Shown: positions 28,078 through 39,338, numbered from the stretch's first letter. The stretch: 64,000 nucleotides of DNA from Poseidonia sp. (GCA_030827475.1 JAUREJ010000003.1:6648-70647), one strand, 5' to 3'. Notes: a model not told the origin generated them from the letters alone. Numbers and translations: made by a program.

Positions 28078-31000
28078 ATGAGGCGCAGTCAAACCACGCT
28101 CCTAACCACCCTCGCAGTCGTTGCGAGTTTACTCTTCATGTCGCAATTTCCTTCAATTTCGAACGTTGCCAACGTTCACCCCGATGACACGACGCAAACG
28201 CCACCTCCCAACACGGATTCGGATGGTGATTTGATTCCTGATGTTCACGAAACGCTCTTTGAAGGTTGGATGAATTGGACTGCACCTGATGGTCGTCCAG
28301 TTGCGATGAAAGGCTTGGACAAGGACGATGCTGTTGATGCTGACACCGACCGGGACCTTGACGGTCTCAACGCCACCGAGGAATTCTGTTGGCCCTATCC
28401 CGCCAACTGCACCGCTCCTGGCTTCCCTCGTGGACTCACCGGCGAACTTGATGAAAACAACGACCGAGTCTACCTTGACCCTCGCATGGCTGACACGGAC
28501 GGCGACGGGATGCCCGATGGGTTTGAGGCGTACATGTGTCAGCGAATGGGCGGATTTGACATCGTGAATTTGAGGTTCATCTGCCCTTCATTCGACCCGT
28601 TGAACGGTAGTGATGTGACCCTGGATTCGGACAACGACGGCTTTGATGTGAACAGGGACGGTGTCATGAGCGAAGCCGAACGTTACACTGCACCCGAAGA
28701 GTATGCACACGGCATGCCGTCAAACTACACCACTGAGCTCGACGGCTTGTGGTGCTTTGCAACCCTTCCCAACGGGGCCCTTCTGAAAAATTGGCCTTAC
28801 ATTTCCTCGGGGGCGAACGCCACGTTCCACAACCTCTTGCCCGCCTGCACCAATCGCGATGTTCCGCATGTTGGTGAAGATTTGTGGCTCGGAACCGACC
28901 CGCTGCTCGATGACTCCGACCGCTACCTCTGGGACGGATTTTCAATCCGGTCGCTTTACCCTTCGTTCGGTGACGGCATTCCCGACGGTTGGGAAGTTCA
29001 CTTCGGCCTCGACCCGCTGAACCGTTCCAACGCCCTTTCAGACCCCGATCGAGACGGCTGGGACGCCAATCGAGACGGTGGTGTTTCCGAGGACCTTTCC
29101 CGCACCTTCACGGCGCTCAAACTCGGTGAAGCCCTCTCGACGCTTGAAGAATACACGGTGCACTACGACAACGGAAACACGGTCTATCCGGGATTGAAAA
29201 CGACTTACGTTGGCGATGAAGAGCCGTTTTCCACCTTCCCGCTGATCTACGATGCAGAAGCCGATGCGCTCTCCGTCTTGCACCATGATGTCCGAGCCCT
29301 CGACGAGCACGATGATACGGTTTATGTCATGACGCGATACGGTATCAGCACGGTCAACGAAGTCGACTCCACCCAATCCCATCAATGGCTGCCGCAGGGC
29401 GTTGAGTTGACCGACGGTTTCCTCGCCCGCTCGAACAACCTGCCCTTCGCTTTGGTGATGGGCACCACCGCCGGTTTTGCCGTCGCCCCTTTGCTGGCAG
29501 ATGGAAGCCTCGGTGCCTTAGCGTCGTGGGATTGGTCACTGACGGGGCATCTGAACGCCATCGCCCCGCTTTCAGGGGATGGCGCCTCGTTGTTCGTCCT
29601 CGGTTTGGCCGATGGTGGTGAGGGCGCGTTGATTGAACTTGGCAACGCTGCCGTGATTTCTGAGACCCATGAACTCGGCATTGGCTTGGTATCAACACTT
29701 GCCGAAGCAAACGCTTCCGTCACCGATATTGAACACGGTTTAGCAGGAGGTGCAACCCTTTCGCTCTTCGTCGGAACGGACCGCGGTCTCCTGGTTGTTG
29801 AAACCGCCTCTGCTCGTGACGAGGCGGTCGGCGAGTGGCGCTTCTTCTACACGCAAGACGATGTGGATCTTCCCCCGAACGTTGACGAAGTTCGAAACCT
29901 CCCTCCCGGTTCGACCGGCAATCCTGCCGAAGTCCGGACCATGATTCTCGACGGCCCAACGTCAAGCAATGCGCAAGTGTTGTGGTTTGGCACCCCTGCC
30001 GGATTGCACAAACTCAACCTCAATGACGATTCCATCGACCACAGCGGCTTGCTCCTCCACCCCGGTGTGGACGGAGCGATGGCGCGGGAAACCAACAGCA
30101 TCCGAAGCATCCATCCTACGGGTGATGAAATCTTGGTGGGTTCGGATTGGGGGCTTTGGGCAGTGGCCGGCGATTACGCCTCGGTCTACGGCCTCCAAGA
30201 CCAAACCCGACTTCCGGGTGAAATCGTCGCCATCACGACATCCGTTGGGGAAGGGAACGTGACCGTCTACGGTGCGGCCTCACCCGGCCAATACGCCAAC
30301 CTCCTTCTCATGGATCCTGGAGCCAACGATTCGGATGCCGACGGCATGCCCGATGGTTGGGAGGTCGTCCACGGATTGGACCCCACCGACCCTTGGGATG
30401 CACTCTACGACAACGACGGAGACGGTCTTGATCTTGACCAATCCGGAGATATGAACCTCGAGCGACTTTGGACGAATCTCGACGAATTCCGATACACGAA
30501 ACTGACTCCCGAAGGCTACAATTCAACCGACCCTCGTGTTGGTGATACCGACGGGGATGGTTTGGGGGACGGAGCCGAATATTTCGGTTTCTTCTTTGAA
30601 CAATCCACCCTCTGGTGCCACTACACCGTTCAGTTGGTCCATGTCTGCGATGATGCGGCAGGTCAAGCCGCCAACGCAACTTACCTCGCTGTAGCGAACG
30701 TCGACAGCCCCACCGACCCTACCAGCGAAGATTCCGACGGTGACGGCATGCCCGACGGCTGGGAAATCCAACACCGACGCTGGGTTGGGACCACCTTCTC
30801 GGGCGGAAACAACTGGAGCCTTGATCCCCTACGAGCCGAAGATGCAAACTGGGATGCTGATGGTGACGGTCTGCCGAACCTCTGCGAATACCAGTGGTCT
30901 GTCGTGCGTCTTATGGGCCTTAACGGCGACCTTTTGGCGGATTACGGTGAATCACCCGAAGCCGTTGCCTCGTGGGCGGTGGCCGACCCGAACCTTATCG

Positions 31001-33828
31001 ATTCAGACGGAGATACCCTTCCCGACGGTTGGGAATCCAAAGGCCTCTGTTCGTGGGACCCTTCTCGTGTAGGCGTGAATCCCCTCAACGGCTCGGATGC
31101 CTTTGAAAATCCTGATGGGGACGGTTACGACATCAATCACGACGGCGTCTTGAGTCAGGATGAAGCCTTTGTGAACTATCTTGAATATCACGTTCGAACC
31201 GACCTTTTCAGTGGCAACATGACGCTCTCCGGGGAGCCTCTGCCCGCAGGCTTTAGCACTCAACTCTTCGACCGCATCGGAGAACTGGGTCAACCCGACG
31301 CCACCTTTGCAGAACGGGCATCGGGTGCCGTGACGTCCGGTCAATCCACCTTCAGCGTCGGAGCAGCCGACCCGTTGAGCTCGGACACCGACCGGGACGG
31401 CATGCCCGACGGCTGGGAAATATGGCACGCACGATGGAACCTGCTCGACGATGCATGGACGCTGAACCCCTTGGACTCCACGGACCGTTGGGACGACGCT
31501 GATAGCGACGGCATGACGAACTGGGAGGAGTACAACGCCATCTCGCCTCTCCTGAGTCAGACGGATGCAAACCGCTCATCCCCGCAATGGTTTGTGACCA
31601 CAATCGGTACAGCCTTTGCGCTTCAACAATGGCCCGGTATTCCAACGGAGGCCTCGTTCGGAGATTTCCTCACGCAAGACCAGATCAACCTCACAGGTTG
31701 GACATCCGACCCCAACAATGTTGACACCGACGGCGATGGTATGCTCGATGGCGTGGAATTGCTCTTCACCTCGTGGAACGTCTCAGCTGCGACATGGACG
31801 CTCAATCCGCTCGTTGCAGGAGACGGTAATTTTGACGGCGACGAAGACGGTCTTATCGACCGGCAAGAATTTGCCCTTGCCACCGAACAACCCGACAACG
31901 GTGTTGAACATCCAAGCGATGCGCCGTTGATGCATGTGGACGGGGATTTCCAACAACCCACGGAAAAAGCCCAGCGCGTGTTCAACATCCTCATCTCAAA
32001 GGAGACGAGAGGCAAGCGTTTGCTGAACGACTTCAACGCCTGGCAGCAGGGTGAACCCCCCAACGCCTTCATTGAGGTTGTTTTGGGAATGACCGACCCC
32101 ACCATCCCCGACACCGACGGTGACGGGATGTACGATGGATTTGAGTATTGGTTCACGTCGTGGGATTTGGACCAAAACCGTTGGTCCATCAACCCGCTCA
32201 TCGACGGTGACGTGAACTTGGATTCGGATCAAGACAGTTTTGATTGCAACGGGGACGGTGAAATCGATGGCAACGAATCCTTCTCGAATCTCAGGGAATG
32301 GGAATCCCGAACATGGGGGAAATTCCTCAACCGGAACACGGTTCCCGTTTCCATGGGCATCATCGATTTCGGCGAAGATGCGATGCTCGCCTATCAGGAA
32401 GAAATGGGATACTCTCTGATTCAAGCCCAATCAGCGCTTTACCAAGACTTTGTTGAGAAAGGTCAAGACTCCGCCGACAGAATGGCGAAGATCAACTCAT
32501 TGGAGAGCGAGAATTTCAACCGAAGTCTTCGGGGCGTTGCTGACCCAACACATCCTGATTCAGACAGTGACGGCATCCCGGATGGTTGGGAATACTGCTA
32601 CGCTATTTTCGGGATGGATGATGCCACAACTCAAAATCACTGGGCAGCCAATCCTCTCAACCCGTGGGACGTGAATTACGACGGTGACCATGACGGATGG
32701 TACGACCGAACCGCGTTTGACATTCCTGCTGTCCAAGGCACGTGGGACGAACGAACCTTTACGCCCTCCGGTGTCATGATTCAAAACGGAATTGGCGACT
32801 TGCCGTTCACGAACGCCATGGAATACGACAACCAAACACGCCCAGATCTCAACGACAGCGACGAGGACAGCCGGACCTTCATCACGGTTGTCGAGAACGG
32901 GGCGGTCGTCTCTCATGAACGGGACTACAATTACTCCGATGGTCGTGAGGTGTTCAAGTACGGCTCAAATCCAAGCGACAACGATACCGACGGTGATATG
33001 CTTCCCGATTGGTACGAATACAAGCTCGGATGGAACGAAAGCAACGACAATTTCAGTTCTTACCTCCAAATTCAGGTCGTTTGGATCGATGTCGCAACCG
33101 GTGGGCCTTGTAGCACATCGACCACATCGTGTTTGCCCCTCTCGCAAGACGGTTCAGGCGGTACCCTGAGTCGCCCTGAGATCGAGATGGCTTGGTTCAC
33201 ATTGAACCCTGCGGATCCAAACGATGCCAACGCCGACCCCGACCAAGATGGAAATTGGGATTGCTCAGGTGCTGGTTGTACGTACGAACCTTACACCAAT
33301 TTCCAGGAGTTCTACGCCATAACGCTCAATGTCTACGCTTCACCGAATGCTGTGAGGTTGAGCGGGTTGACCTACGATGGGTCACCGGTCACCGAAGGCT
33401 GGCAGTTCCGTGCTGCACTCCTCGGCCTCGGCCAGTCGAACGAGTTGGTATTGAACTACTTGAAACTGGACAAATACGCCGGTCCAGACCGTCAATACGG
33501 CTACATTGTGGACGACAAAGATACTGATTTCTTATCGGTTGATCCGAGCGACGACGTGGTGATGATGGCCGGAAACCGGACCGACCAGTGGGAGATTTAC
33601 TACGCAGGATCGCCCAACACTGCTCCTGTACGGAGCGTGGGGGAGCACGAATTCGGTTGGTATTTGCTCGATTTCGACGACGACCATTTGGCCGAAGGTT
33701 CAAACCCGATGAATTGGGATACGGACGGAGATTGGATGAACGATTGGTTCGAGGTTCGGGACGATGAAGAGGACGGTGTCCGAGGAGATTCCTCTCCCAT
33801 CCGATACGACTCCAGACAAACCAGTTAA
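28078..33828 (+). CDS. Giant secreted protein with ~25 Dx[DN]xDG (thrombospondin type-3-like) calcium-binding repeats and a central propeller-like region
   Basis: N-terminal signal or anchor (MRRSQTTLLTTLAVVASLLF); repeated DP...DTDGDGMPDGWE units; central GTxxGL repeats; no C-terminal TM. Confidence 0.85.
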   Translation: MRRSQTTLLTTLAVVASLLFMSQFPSISNVANVHPDDTTQTPPPNTDSDGDLIPDVHETLFEGWMNWTAPDGRPVAMKGLDKDDAVDADTDRDLDGLNATEEFCWPYPANCTAPGFPRGLTGELDENNDRVYLDPRMADTDGDGMPDGFEAYMCQRMGGFDIVNLRFICPSFDPLNGSDVTLDSDNDGFDVNRDGVMSEAERYTAPEEYAHGMPSNYTTELDGLWCFATLPNGALLKNWPYISSGANATFHNLLPACTNRDVPHVGEDLWLGTDPLLDDSDRYLWDGFSIRSLYPSFGDGIPDGWEVHFGLDPLNRSNALSDPDRDGWDANRDGGVSEDLSRTFTALKLGEALSTLEEYTVHYDNGNTVYPGLKTTYVGDEEPFSTFPLIYDAEADALSVLHHDVRALDEHDDTVYVMTRYGISTVNEVDSTQSHQWLPQGVELTDGFLARSNNLPFALVMGTTAGFAVAPLLADGSLGALASWDWSLTGHLNAIAPLSGDGASLFVLGLADGGEGALIELGNAAVISETHELGIGLVSTLAEANASVTDIEHGLAGGATLSLFVGTDRGLLVVETASARDEAVGEWRFFYTQDDVDLPPNVDEVRNLPPGSTGNPAEVRTMILDGPTSSNAQVLWFGTPAGLHKLNLNDDSIDHSGLLLHPGVDGAMARETNSIRSIHPTGDEILVGSDWGLWAVAGDYASVYGLQDQTRLPGEIVAITTSVGEGNVTVYGAASPGQYANLLLMDPGANDSDADGMPDGWEVVHGLDPTDPWDALYDNDGDGLDLDQSGDMNLERLWTNLDEFRYTKLTPEGYNSTDPRVGDTDGDGLGDGAEYFGFFFEQSTLWCHYTVQLVHVCDDAAGQAANATYLAVANVDSPTDPTSEDSDGDGMPDGWEIQHRRWVGTTFSGGNNWSLDPLRAEDANWDADGDGLPNLCEYQWSVVRLMGLNGDLLADYGESPEAVASWAVADPNLIDSDGDTLPDGWESKGLCSWDPSRVGVNPLNGSDAFENPDGDGYDINHDGVLSQDEAFVNYLEYHVRTDLFSGNMTLSGEPLPAGFSTQLFDRIGELGQPDATFAERASGAVTSGQSTFSVGAADPLSSDTDRDGMPDGWEIWHARWNLLDDAWTLNPLDSTDRWDDADSDGMTNWEEYNAISPLLSQTDANRSSPQWFVTTIGTAFALQQWPGIPTEASFGDFLTQDQINLTGWTSDPNNVDTDGDGMLDGVELLFTSWNVSAATWTLNPLVAGDGNFDGDEDGLIDRQEFALATEQPDNGVEHPSDAPLMHVDGDFQQPTEKAQRVFNILISKETRGKRLLNDFNAWQQGEPPNAFIEVVLGMTDPTIPDTDGDGMYDGFEYWFTSWDLDQNRWSINPLIDGDVNLDSDQDSFDCNGDGEIDGNESFSNLREWESRTWGKFLNRNTVPVSMGIIDFGEDAMLAYQEEMGYSLIQAQSALYQDFVEKGQDSADRMAKINSLESENFNRSLRGVADPTHPDSDSDGIPDGWEYCYAIFGMDDATTQNHWAANPLNPWDVNYDGDHDGWYDRTAFDIPAVQGTWDERTFTPSGVMIQNGIGDLPFTNAMEYDNQTRPDLNDSDEDSRTFITVVENGAVVSHERDYNYSDGREVFKYGSNPSDNDTDGDMLPDWYEYKLGWNESNDNFSSYLQIQVVWIDVATGGPCSTSTTSCLPLSQDGSGGTLSRPEIEMAWFTLNPADPNDANADPDQDGNWDCSGAGCTYEPYTNFQEFYAITLNVYASPNAVRLSGLTYDGSPVTEGWQFRAALLGLGQSNELVLNYLKLDKYAGPDRQYGYIVDDKDTDFLSVDPSDDVVMMAGNRTDQWEIYYAGSPNTAPVRSVGEHEFGWYLLDFDDDHLAEGSNPMNWDTDGDWMNDWFEVRDDEEDGVRGDSSPIRYDSRQTS

Positions 33829-33890
33829 CGCCCGCAATCATCTGACCTTGAACCGCATGGTTCAAATCGTAGGTCGGCTGTCTTTAGATT

Positions 33891-36800
33891 ATGCAGGGCG
33901 GCGAACAGCATACACTCGGTACTCGCAGCATTTTCTTGTTGCTGGTCAGCCTCATGTTCCTCACGCCGCTTGGCCCCTTTGCCAACATGATGGTGACCGA
34001 GGCTGATGCGGCTGCGGGCACGCGTCACGTCTACGTGTTCAAAGACGGGTCAACCGAACACATCGCTCTCTACCAAGGAGCCAATCCCGACCTTGGAGCC
34101 ATGGTTGAACTTCCACGAGGTGCTTTGGTGACCGACGTCACCATGACCCTTTCCGGCGCTTCCGCCACGGGATGGTCGCAAGTCGTCGCCGATGACCGCG
34201 TCCACTGGGTTCGTGGCGCTGCGTCCGGGACGGATGATCGCAGCGGAGATTTGACCCTTGCACTCTCCAACGTCACTCGCAACTTCCTCCCGCACGGAAA
34301 CGACGCTTACATCCATCCCAATTCCGATGCGTGGTTGGACAACGGTTCCTATGCCCTCCGCCAACCGCACACTTCCAACGCAACGGAAACCCTCTTCTCC
34401 CAGCAACTGACGAAGACCTCTTCATCGTTTATGGCCCAAAGCCAAGGTGCTATTCTCAAGCATCACGATTGGTTGTTCCTTTCCACGTGGTCGTCTTCGA
34501 ATTTCCACAACGTGGTGGAGCGTCTTTACCCAAACAACGCGACCCGCGAATCGGTCATCACGCTTGAGCAGGCTTCGTGCACCTTGCCTCAGAAACACTC
34601 GTCGTCGTACTACGCCTATTACGGGTTCCGTGATTGGACCGTGACCGATGATGAACGTTTGTTTGGTATTCTCTCCGGATACCGCTACTCCTACGGTTCC
34701 ACGGCTCCTGTCAACTATCATCGCGTGATGGAAATGGACATCTCTCGTGACGACACGTGGACCTGCATTGATTCCTACGACATCTCACCGTCGGTCGGTG
34801 AATACACCGGGATTGCTTACGACCGGGACACCGGTAAGGTTTGGGTGGCGCACAACGCCATGAACCGGCTCTACGCTTACGATTTCGCTGGAGATGGAAC
34901 GTCTACTTACACCCGCAGTCAAGAATTCTACACCTACACCTCGTCCTCCAGTTCAACCTGGGAATGCGGTGGCAGCACGTCGAACAACCAGAAGCAAATG
35001 CTAAGGGGCTTGGAAGTCAACGGCTCGACCTTCTACATGCGATGCCAGAAAGACTACTACTACGACGACCGGGACCAACTTGAGGCCTGGTCGGTTTCGG
35101 GTTCTTCCTCTGCCCTCATTCCCGAGTCAACCGTCCGCCAGATTTCCCGACTTGGGTACGGCTTGCAATTTGACGGCGAGCGCTTTGTCACCGTCGACTG
35201 CGGTTATTCAACGTGGTCCGGTGCCACCCTGTACTACCGCGAGTTTGGAACGGGATGGCTCTACGAAACAACACCGTCGCCGGGAACGACCACGTGGTAC
35301 GGTGACGTGATCAAAACAGGCGACCCCGTTTTGGCTGCGAACGTTCAGACCTACTGGTCAGCAGCTTCCATCGGTGACCGCGTCGACTACTGGGTCTCTG
35401 CTGACAACGGAACACACTGGGAAGAAGTGGAATCCAACTCGACCATTCACTTTGACTACCCCGGTACTGAATTGGTGTGGAAGGCCCAACTCATCGGCTC
35501 CACTGCGGTGTCGTGGTGGGTTGACATGGATTATGCAACGGCCTATTCTTCACAAGGTGATTGGACCTCCCCATACTTCAACACCGGTACCAAGGTCGGA
35601 AAAGTCCGTCCGCAGTGGACCGCAGATGTTCCTGCTGGAGCCACGCTCACGGTCCAAGTCTCAAACGACAACGGAACCACTTGGTTGGACGCTACAAACA
35701 ACGCAGAAACGAGTTTCTCGACCGAAGCAGCCGGGAACACGCTCCGCTATGCCGTGGTGATGGGAACCAACGATGCCACCAAGACGCCCAAACTTGACCG
35801 CTTTGTTCTGGAGTATGAGGAAGGATACCCAGACCGCCCCATGCTTGATGTTGGCGGTGACGGGACGTACGATTGGGAATCCGATATTTTCCTCAACGAG
35901 TCTTCTGTGGTGGCTTCCGATGACTCGCCGGTCGGTGAAATTGTGAAGAGGGCCCCAACCCTTGTGGATGCCTTCAACGACCACATTCCCGAAAACGGGG
36001 ACGGCATGGTGACCATTCCAATTGGCGTGAAGGCAGCAAGTGCTGGCCGTGTGAAAATTTCCAACATCGACATCACCTATGCCATGCAGACACGCGCCGT
36101 GGACGCCTCCTTTGAGGGCGGCCTTGCCGCTCCGGACGGTGTGTTCAGGAACTTCATCACCCGGGTGGCTCCGGGCGACGATGTTGACCGAGTCACGAAG
36201 GCGGTGGTCGCCATCGACCACACCTACGGCGAAAACCCTTCGTTCACCTGGGAGCGAGGCGATGTTTGCTCGGTCAATTCGGACGGTGGTGGCATTGTCA
36301 TCTTTGACGCCACCAACTGCACATCAACGGTCAGTGCCAACGACGTGGTCTCCATTTGGATGCCGACAAAGGTGAACTGGAGCTGGAACGACGAATCGAG
36401 TACGGAAGCCATCATCTCGGTTGAGGACGATTTAGGCCCCTCCGTGAGCCAGTGGATGACCTCGGACATGAAACTGGTGGTTGAGAACGACATCCAACTG
36501 GACGGCCTGCGTGTCTGGGAAGAAACCGGCCGGCAACTCTACCCGATGGATTGGGTCCGTGGAGGTTTCAATCTCAGCTTCACCGGCTCCATCCACTTCC
36601 AAGACTCACAACTCATGCCTCCAGCGGGAAGTTTCTCCCTGCGCGTCATCGGCCAAAACGTGACCTATGATGGCGACCCGATGGGCGAACCCATGGTGCT
36701 CTATGAAGAGGTGAACCCGGCTTTTGGGGCCTACAACATGACCTTCACTTCACCCATTGAATCCGCTCCGGGAGGGATGATTTTCTACGTTCAAGCCGTG

Positions 36801-39338
36801 AACCTTGAAAACGGCTCAACCTTCACCAACCCCACCTACAACAGCATTCGATTGATTCTCGACGGCAATTCTCCACTCGTGCTCAGCGCTACCCCGCTCG
36901 ATGGTACTGAACGCCATGCTGGTGCTCCCGGGGTCGGTCAAGCTGTTTCCATTGTGGTCCAAGATTCGGTTGACCCGCCGCGCCAACTGAACCTTCACTA
37001 CTGGGTTGGATGCAAGGCAAGCGATGCCATCGGTTGCACGGATTACAACTTTGATGGGCTCCCCAACGAAGACGAGTACGAATTGGTCACCCTCTCCTCG
37101 CCGGAAACACGTACCGGTGGCCTCAACATCTTCGAAGGTTTGATCGACGATTCCATGCTTCTGCATCGCCAGCGAGTTTCGTTTTACGTCTCTGGCGAAG
37201 ACGAGCAAGACAACCAGATTGCGATGGGCAAAGGACCCGTTTGTCCAGTCTCGACCATCACCTGCGGCTCACGGCCGGGTGAAGTGGTTCCCGATTGGGA
37301 TGCAGATTTGGTCACCTACCACATTCGTCAAGAATTTGAACCCGAGGTCGACCTTGGCAACACCTCAATCCTTGGGCATGACGACTACGAACCCCTCCAT
37401 CCAGGCATCCCTTACACGGCGCAAATCAAGTTGAGCGACACGAATGGATGGCAGGACATTCAGTATGTTCAAGTCGCCCTTGGAGGCGATTTCGACGACG
37501 ACGAATCCTCGTTGTTCATCTCCCTTGCCGAAGGGCAAGACGGTCATCCCAAAGCGGTGATGACCCCGGGCTCGAGCAACATCGCAGTCTCCAACCTGTA
37601 TTCCACGGTTGCACTGGAGGAAGGTGACGACTCCGTAGTGGTCATTCAAGCACGCTTCCAGTTGACATGGATGTTCCCCGAATCCTTCGATACAAACGGT
37701 GTCAGTCACTTCCTCCCCCGTGTCAAAGTGACCGATATGCCTTGCAACGAGAACGAGGTAACACCTTGTTTCGAGATCATGGAAGGGATGGGCGACGATT
37801 GGTGGAGCCTAGACAACGATTTCCGCTTTGATACGGAAGCAGGACACATTCGGGCAATTGAACTTCGGAACAGCGAGAATCACTACAACGAAGAAAATTC
37901 GGAAACCATCATCGGAGCAGGTCAAGCCCTCCGTGTTTCAGGGCGGGTCTTGTTTTCAGAAGACGAAACTCCAGCCCCTCCCGGTTCCTTTGATGTCGTG
38001 TTTGGAGATTTCGAAAACAACTGGAGGACCTCGACACGGGATGACGGTGAGTTCAGTCTCGATTTGCTTGTTCCTTCTGTCCGTTCAGGCCGCTTGGACC
38101 TCCGCTTGAGCATGGATGATCTGCCCGGTTTGGCCCTTGATGAGAGCGAATTTTCGCCTCGGGTCCGCCTCGCTGTTGACAGTTCACGGCCAACCATTGA
38201 CAGCATCTCTCTCGGTGGAGTGCCCGTTGGTTCCCCGATCTCAATCGGGGCTGCTGACAACCTCGAGGTGATTCTTGTCACCAATGACGAAAACGGGTTT
38301 GACTTCGATGAATCCGCTGTCCTTCACTATCGCGTGAGGGCCGGTGAAGCAGAGATTTCTCGGGGAAGCGTTCTGCTTCCCGACATCACCAGTTTCGGCC
38401 AGGAGTACTTCTGGAGCGGCAGGTTGGATTTGACGGATTCAGGCGCAACGACGCTGCTGCCGTCCTACGCCGTTGATGTTTGGGTTTCGGGCTCGGACAA
38501 AGCCGGAAACCCCTTCGACACCCTCGACAATTCGATGATGGAACCGTTTGCCTCATGGCCGCTTGCACTGCTCGGTCCTCGCATTGATTTGCAGCACGAA
38601 GCGTCCAATCTTCAGTGGGACATTCCGTCTCCTTACGAAGGCGAAACTGCAACGTTGGTCGTTGAAACCGAGAACCTTGGCGGAAACGGCTTGGTTGAGT
38701 ACGCCCTTCAAAAATTGGTTGAGGGTGGATTCTGGTCCACCGTTCAAACCGTCAGCGTTGAAGCGACAGCTGGAGCGACCGTGACGGCTGCCCTGCCGGT
38801 GACTCCCGAGGAAAGGGCTGGGTCAACCATCGAGTACCGAGTGTTGGTCTTGGTAGACGGGGTTGAGATGGATCGTGCTATCGTCGCCTCGTTGTTCATC
38901 AAAGAAGAAACGGTTCGTGACGGAGAAGCGCTCACGCAACAGCTCTCCAGCGATGTCTTCAGCGTGACGTTGTTCGTCATCGCTTTGGCTTCCGTTTCTT
39001 TCGGAATGTACGCCCTCGTGCTTCGTCGTCGTTTGCTCGCTCCTGAAACGGAGGAAGAAATGGCGGATCAAACGGATGTGGTGGCCGAAGAGATGGCTGC
39101 AGGGAAGACAGTTCCAACGATACAGGCTCCGCCTGCTCCGCCGGCTCCGGCAGGGCAGGTGCCGCCACCGCCTCCGGGTGCGAAGGTCCCACCAGCTCCT
39201 CAACAAGCACCGGCAGCACCCGGCCCTGACCGAAGTTCCCCCCCTCCCGTACCCCCAACAGGGCTTCCTGAGGGATGGACCCAAGAACAGTGGGACTCTT
39301 ACGGTTGGAAGTACATTGATGCCCTCGCCAAGAAGTGA
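33891..39338 (+). CDS. Large surface protein with signal peptide, propeller/Ig-like domains, C-terminal TM and Pro-rich cytoplasmic tail
   Basis: 1815 aa; signal peptide; two BNR-like S.DNG..W motifs; TM VFSVTLFVIALASVSFGMYALVL + RRR; Pro-rich linker; terminal GLPEGWTQEQWDSYGWKY. Confidence 0.85.
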   Translation: MQGGEQHTLGTRSIFLLLVSLMFLTPLGPFANMMVTEADAAAGTRHVYVFKDGSTEHIALYQGANPDLGAMVELPRGALVTDVTMTLSGASATGWSQVVADDRVHWVRGAASGTDDRSGDLTLALSNVTRNFLPHGNDAYIHPNSDAWLDNGSYALRQPHTSNATETLFSQQLTKTSSSFMAQSQGAILKHHDWLFLSTWSSSNFHNVVERLYPNNATRESVITLEQASCTLPQKHSSSYYAYYGFRDWTVTDDERLFGILSGYRYSYGSTAPVNYHRVMEMDISRDDTWTCIDSYDISPSVGEYTGIAYDRDTGKVWVAHNAMNRLYAYDFAGDGTSTYTRSQEFYTYTSSSSSTWECGGSTSNNQKQMLRGLEVNGSTFYMRCQKDYYYDDRDQLEAWSVSGSSSALIPESTVRQISRLGYGLQFDGERFVTVDCGYSTWSGATLYYREFGTGWLYETTPSPGTTTWYGDVIKTGDPVLAANVQTYWSAASIGDRVDYWVSADNGTHWEEVESNSTIHFDYPGTELVWKAQLIGSTAVSWWVDMDYATAYSSQGDWTSPYFNTGTKVGKVRPQWTADVPAGATLTVQVSNDNGTTWLDATNNAETSFSTEAAGNTLRYAVVMGTNDATKTPKLDRFVLEYEEGYPDRPMLDVGGDGTYDWESDIFLNESSVVASDDSPVGEIVKRAPTLVDAFNDHIPENGDGMVTIPIGVKAASAGRVKISNIDITYAMQTRAVDASFEGGLAAPDGVFRNFITRVAPGDDVDRVTKAVVAIDHTYGENPSFTWERGDVCSVNSDGGGIVIFDATNCTSTVSANDVVSIWMPTKVNWSWNDESSTEAIISVEDDLGPSVSQWMTSDMKLVVENDIQLDGLRVWEETGRQLYPMDWVRGGFNLSFTGSIHFQDSQLMPPAGSFSLRVIGQNVTYDGDPMGEPMVLYEEVNPAFGAYNMTFTSPIESAPGGMIFYVQAVNLENGSTFTNPTYNSIRLILDGNSPLVLSATPLDGTERHAGAPGVGQAVSIVVQDSVDPPRQLNLHYWVGCKASDAIGCTDYNFDGLPNEDEYELVTLSSPETRTGGLNIFEGLIDDSMLLHRQRVSFYVSGEDEQDNQIAMGKGPVCPVSTITCGSRPGEVVPDWDADLVTYHIRQEFEPEVDLGNTSILGHDDYEPLHPGIPYTAQIKLSDTNGWQDIQYVQVALGGDFDDDESSLFISLAEGQDGHPKAVMTPGSSNIAVSNLYSTVALEEGDDSVVVIQARFQLTWMFPESFDTNGVSHFLPRVKVTDMPCNENEVTPCFEIMEGMGDDWWSLDNDFRFDTEAGHIRAIELRNSENHYNEENSETIIGAGQALRVSGRVLFSEDETPAPPGSFDVVFGDFENNWRTSTRDDGEFSLDLLVPSVRSGRLDLRLSMDDLPGLALDESEFSPRVRLAVDSSRPTIDSISLGGVPVGSPISIGAADNLEVILVTNDENGFDFDESAVLHYRVRAGEAEISRGSVLLPDITSFGQEYFWSGRLDLTDSGATTLLPSYAVDVWVSGSDKAGNPFDTLDNSMMEPFASWPLALLGPRIDLQHEASNLQWDIPSPYEGETATLVVETENLGGNGLVEYALQKLVEGGFWSTVQTVSVEATAGATVTAALPVTPEERAGSTIEYRVLVLVDGVEMDRAIVASLFIKEETVRDGEALTQQLSSDVFSVTLFVIALASVSFGMYALVLRRRLLAPETEEEMADQTDVVAEEMAAGKTVPTIQAPPAPPAPAGQVPPPPPGAKVPPAPQQAPAAPGPDRSSPPPVPPTGLPEGWTQEQWDSYGWKYIDALAKK

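Noticed and set aside
28200-33760. Recurring DNA words such as gacggcatgcccgacggctgggaa as a possible CRISPR or tandem repeat
   Set aside because: They are irregularly spaced, in frame and vary synonymously; they encode the DGMPDGWE protein repeats.
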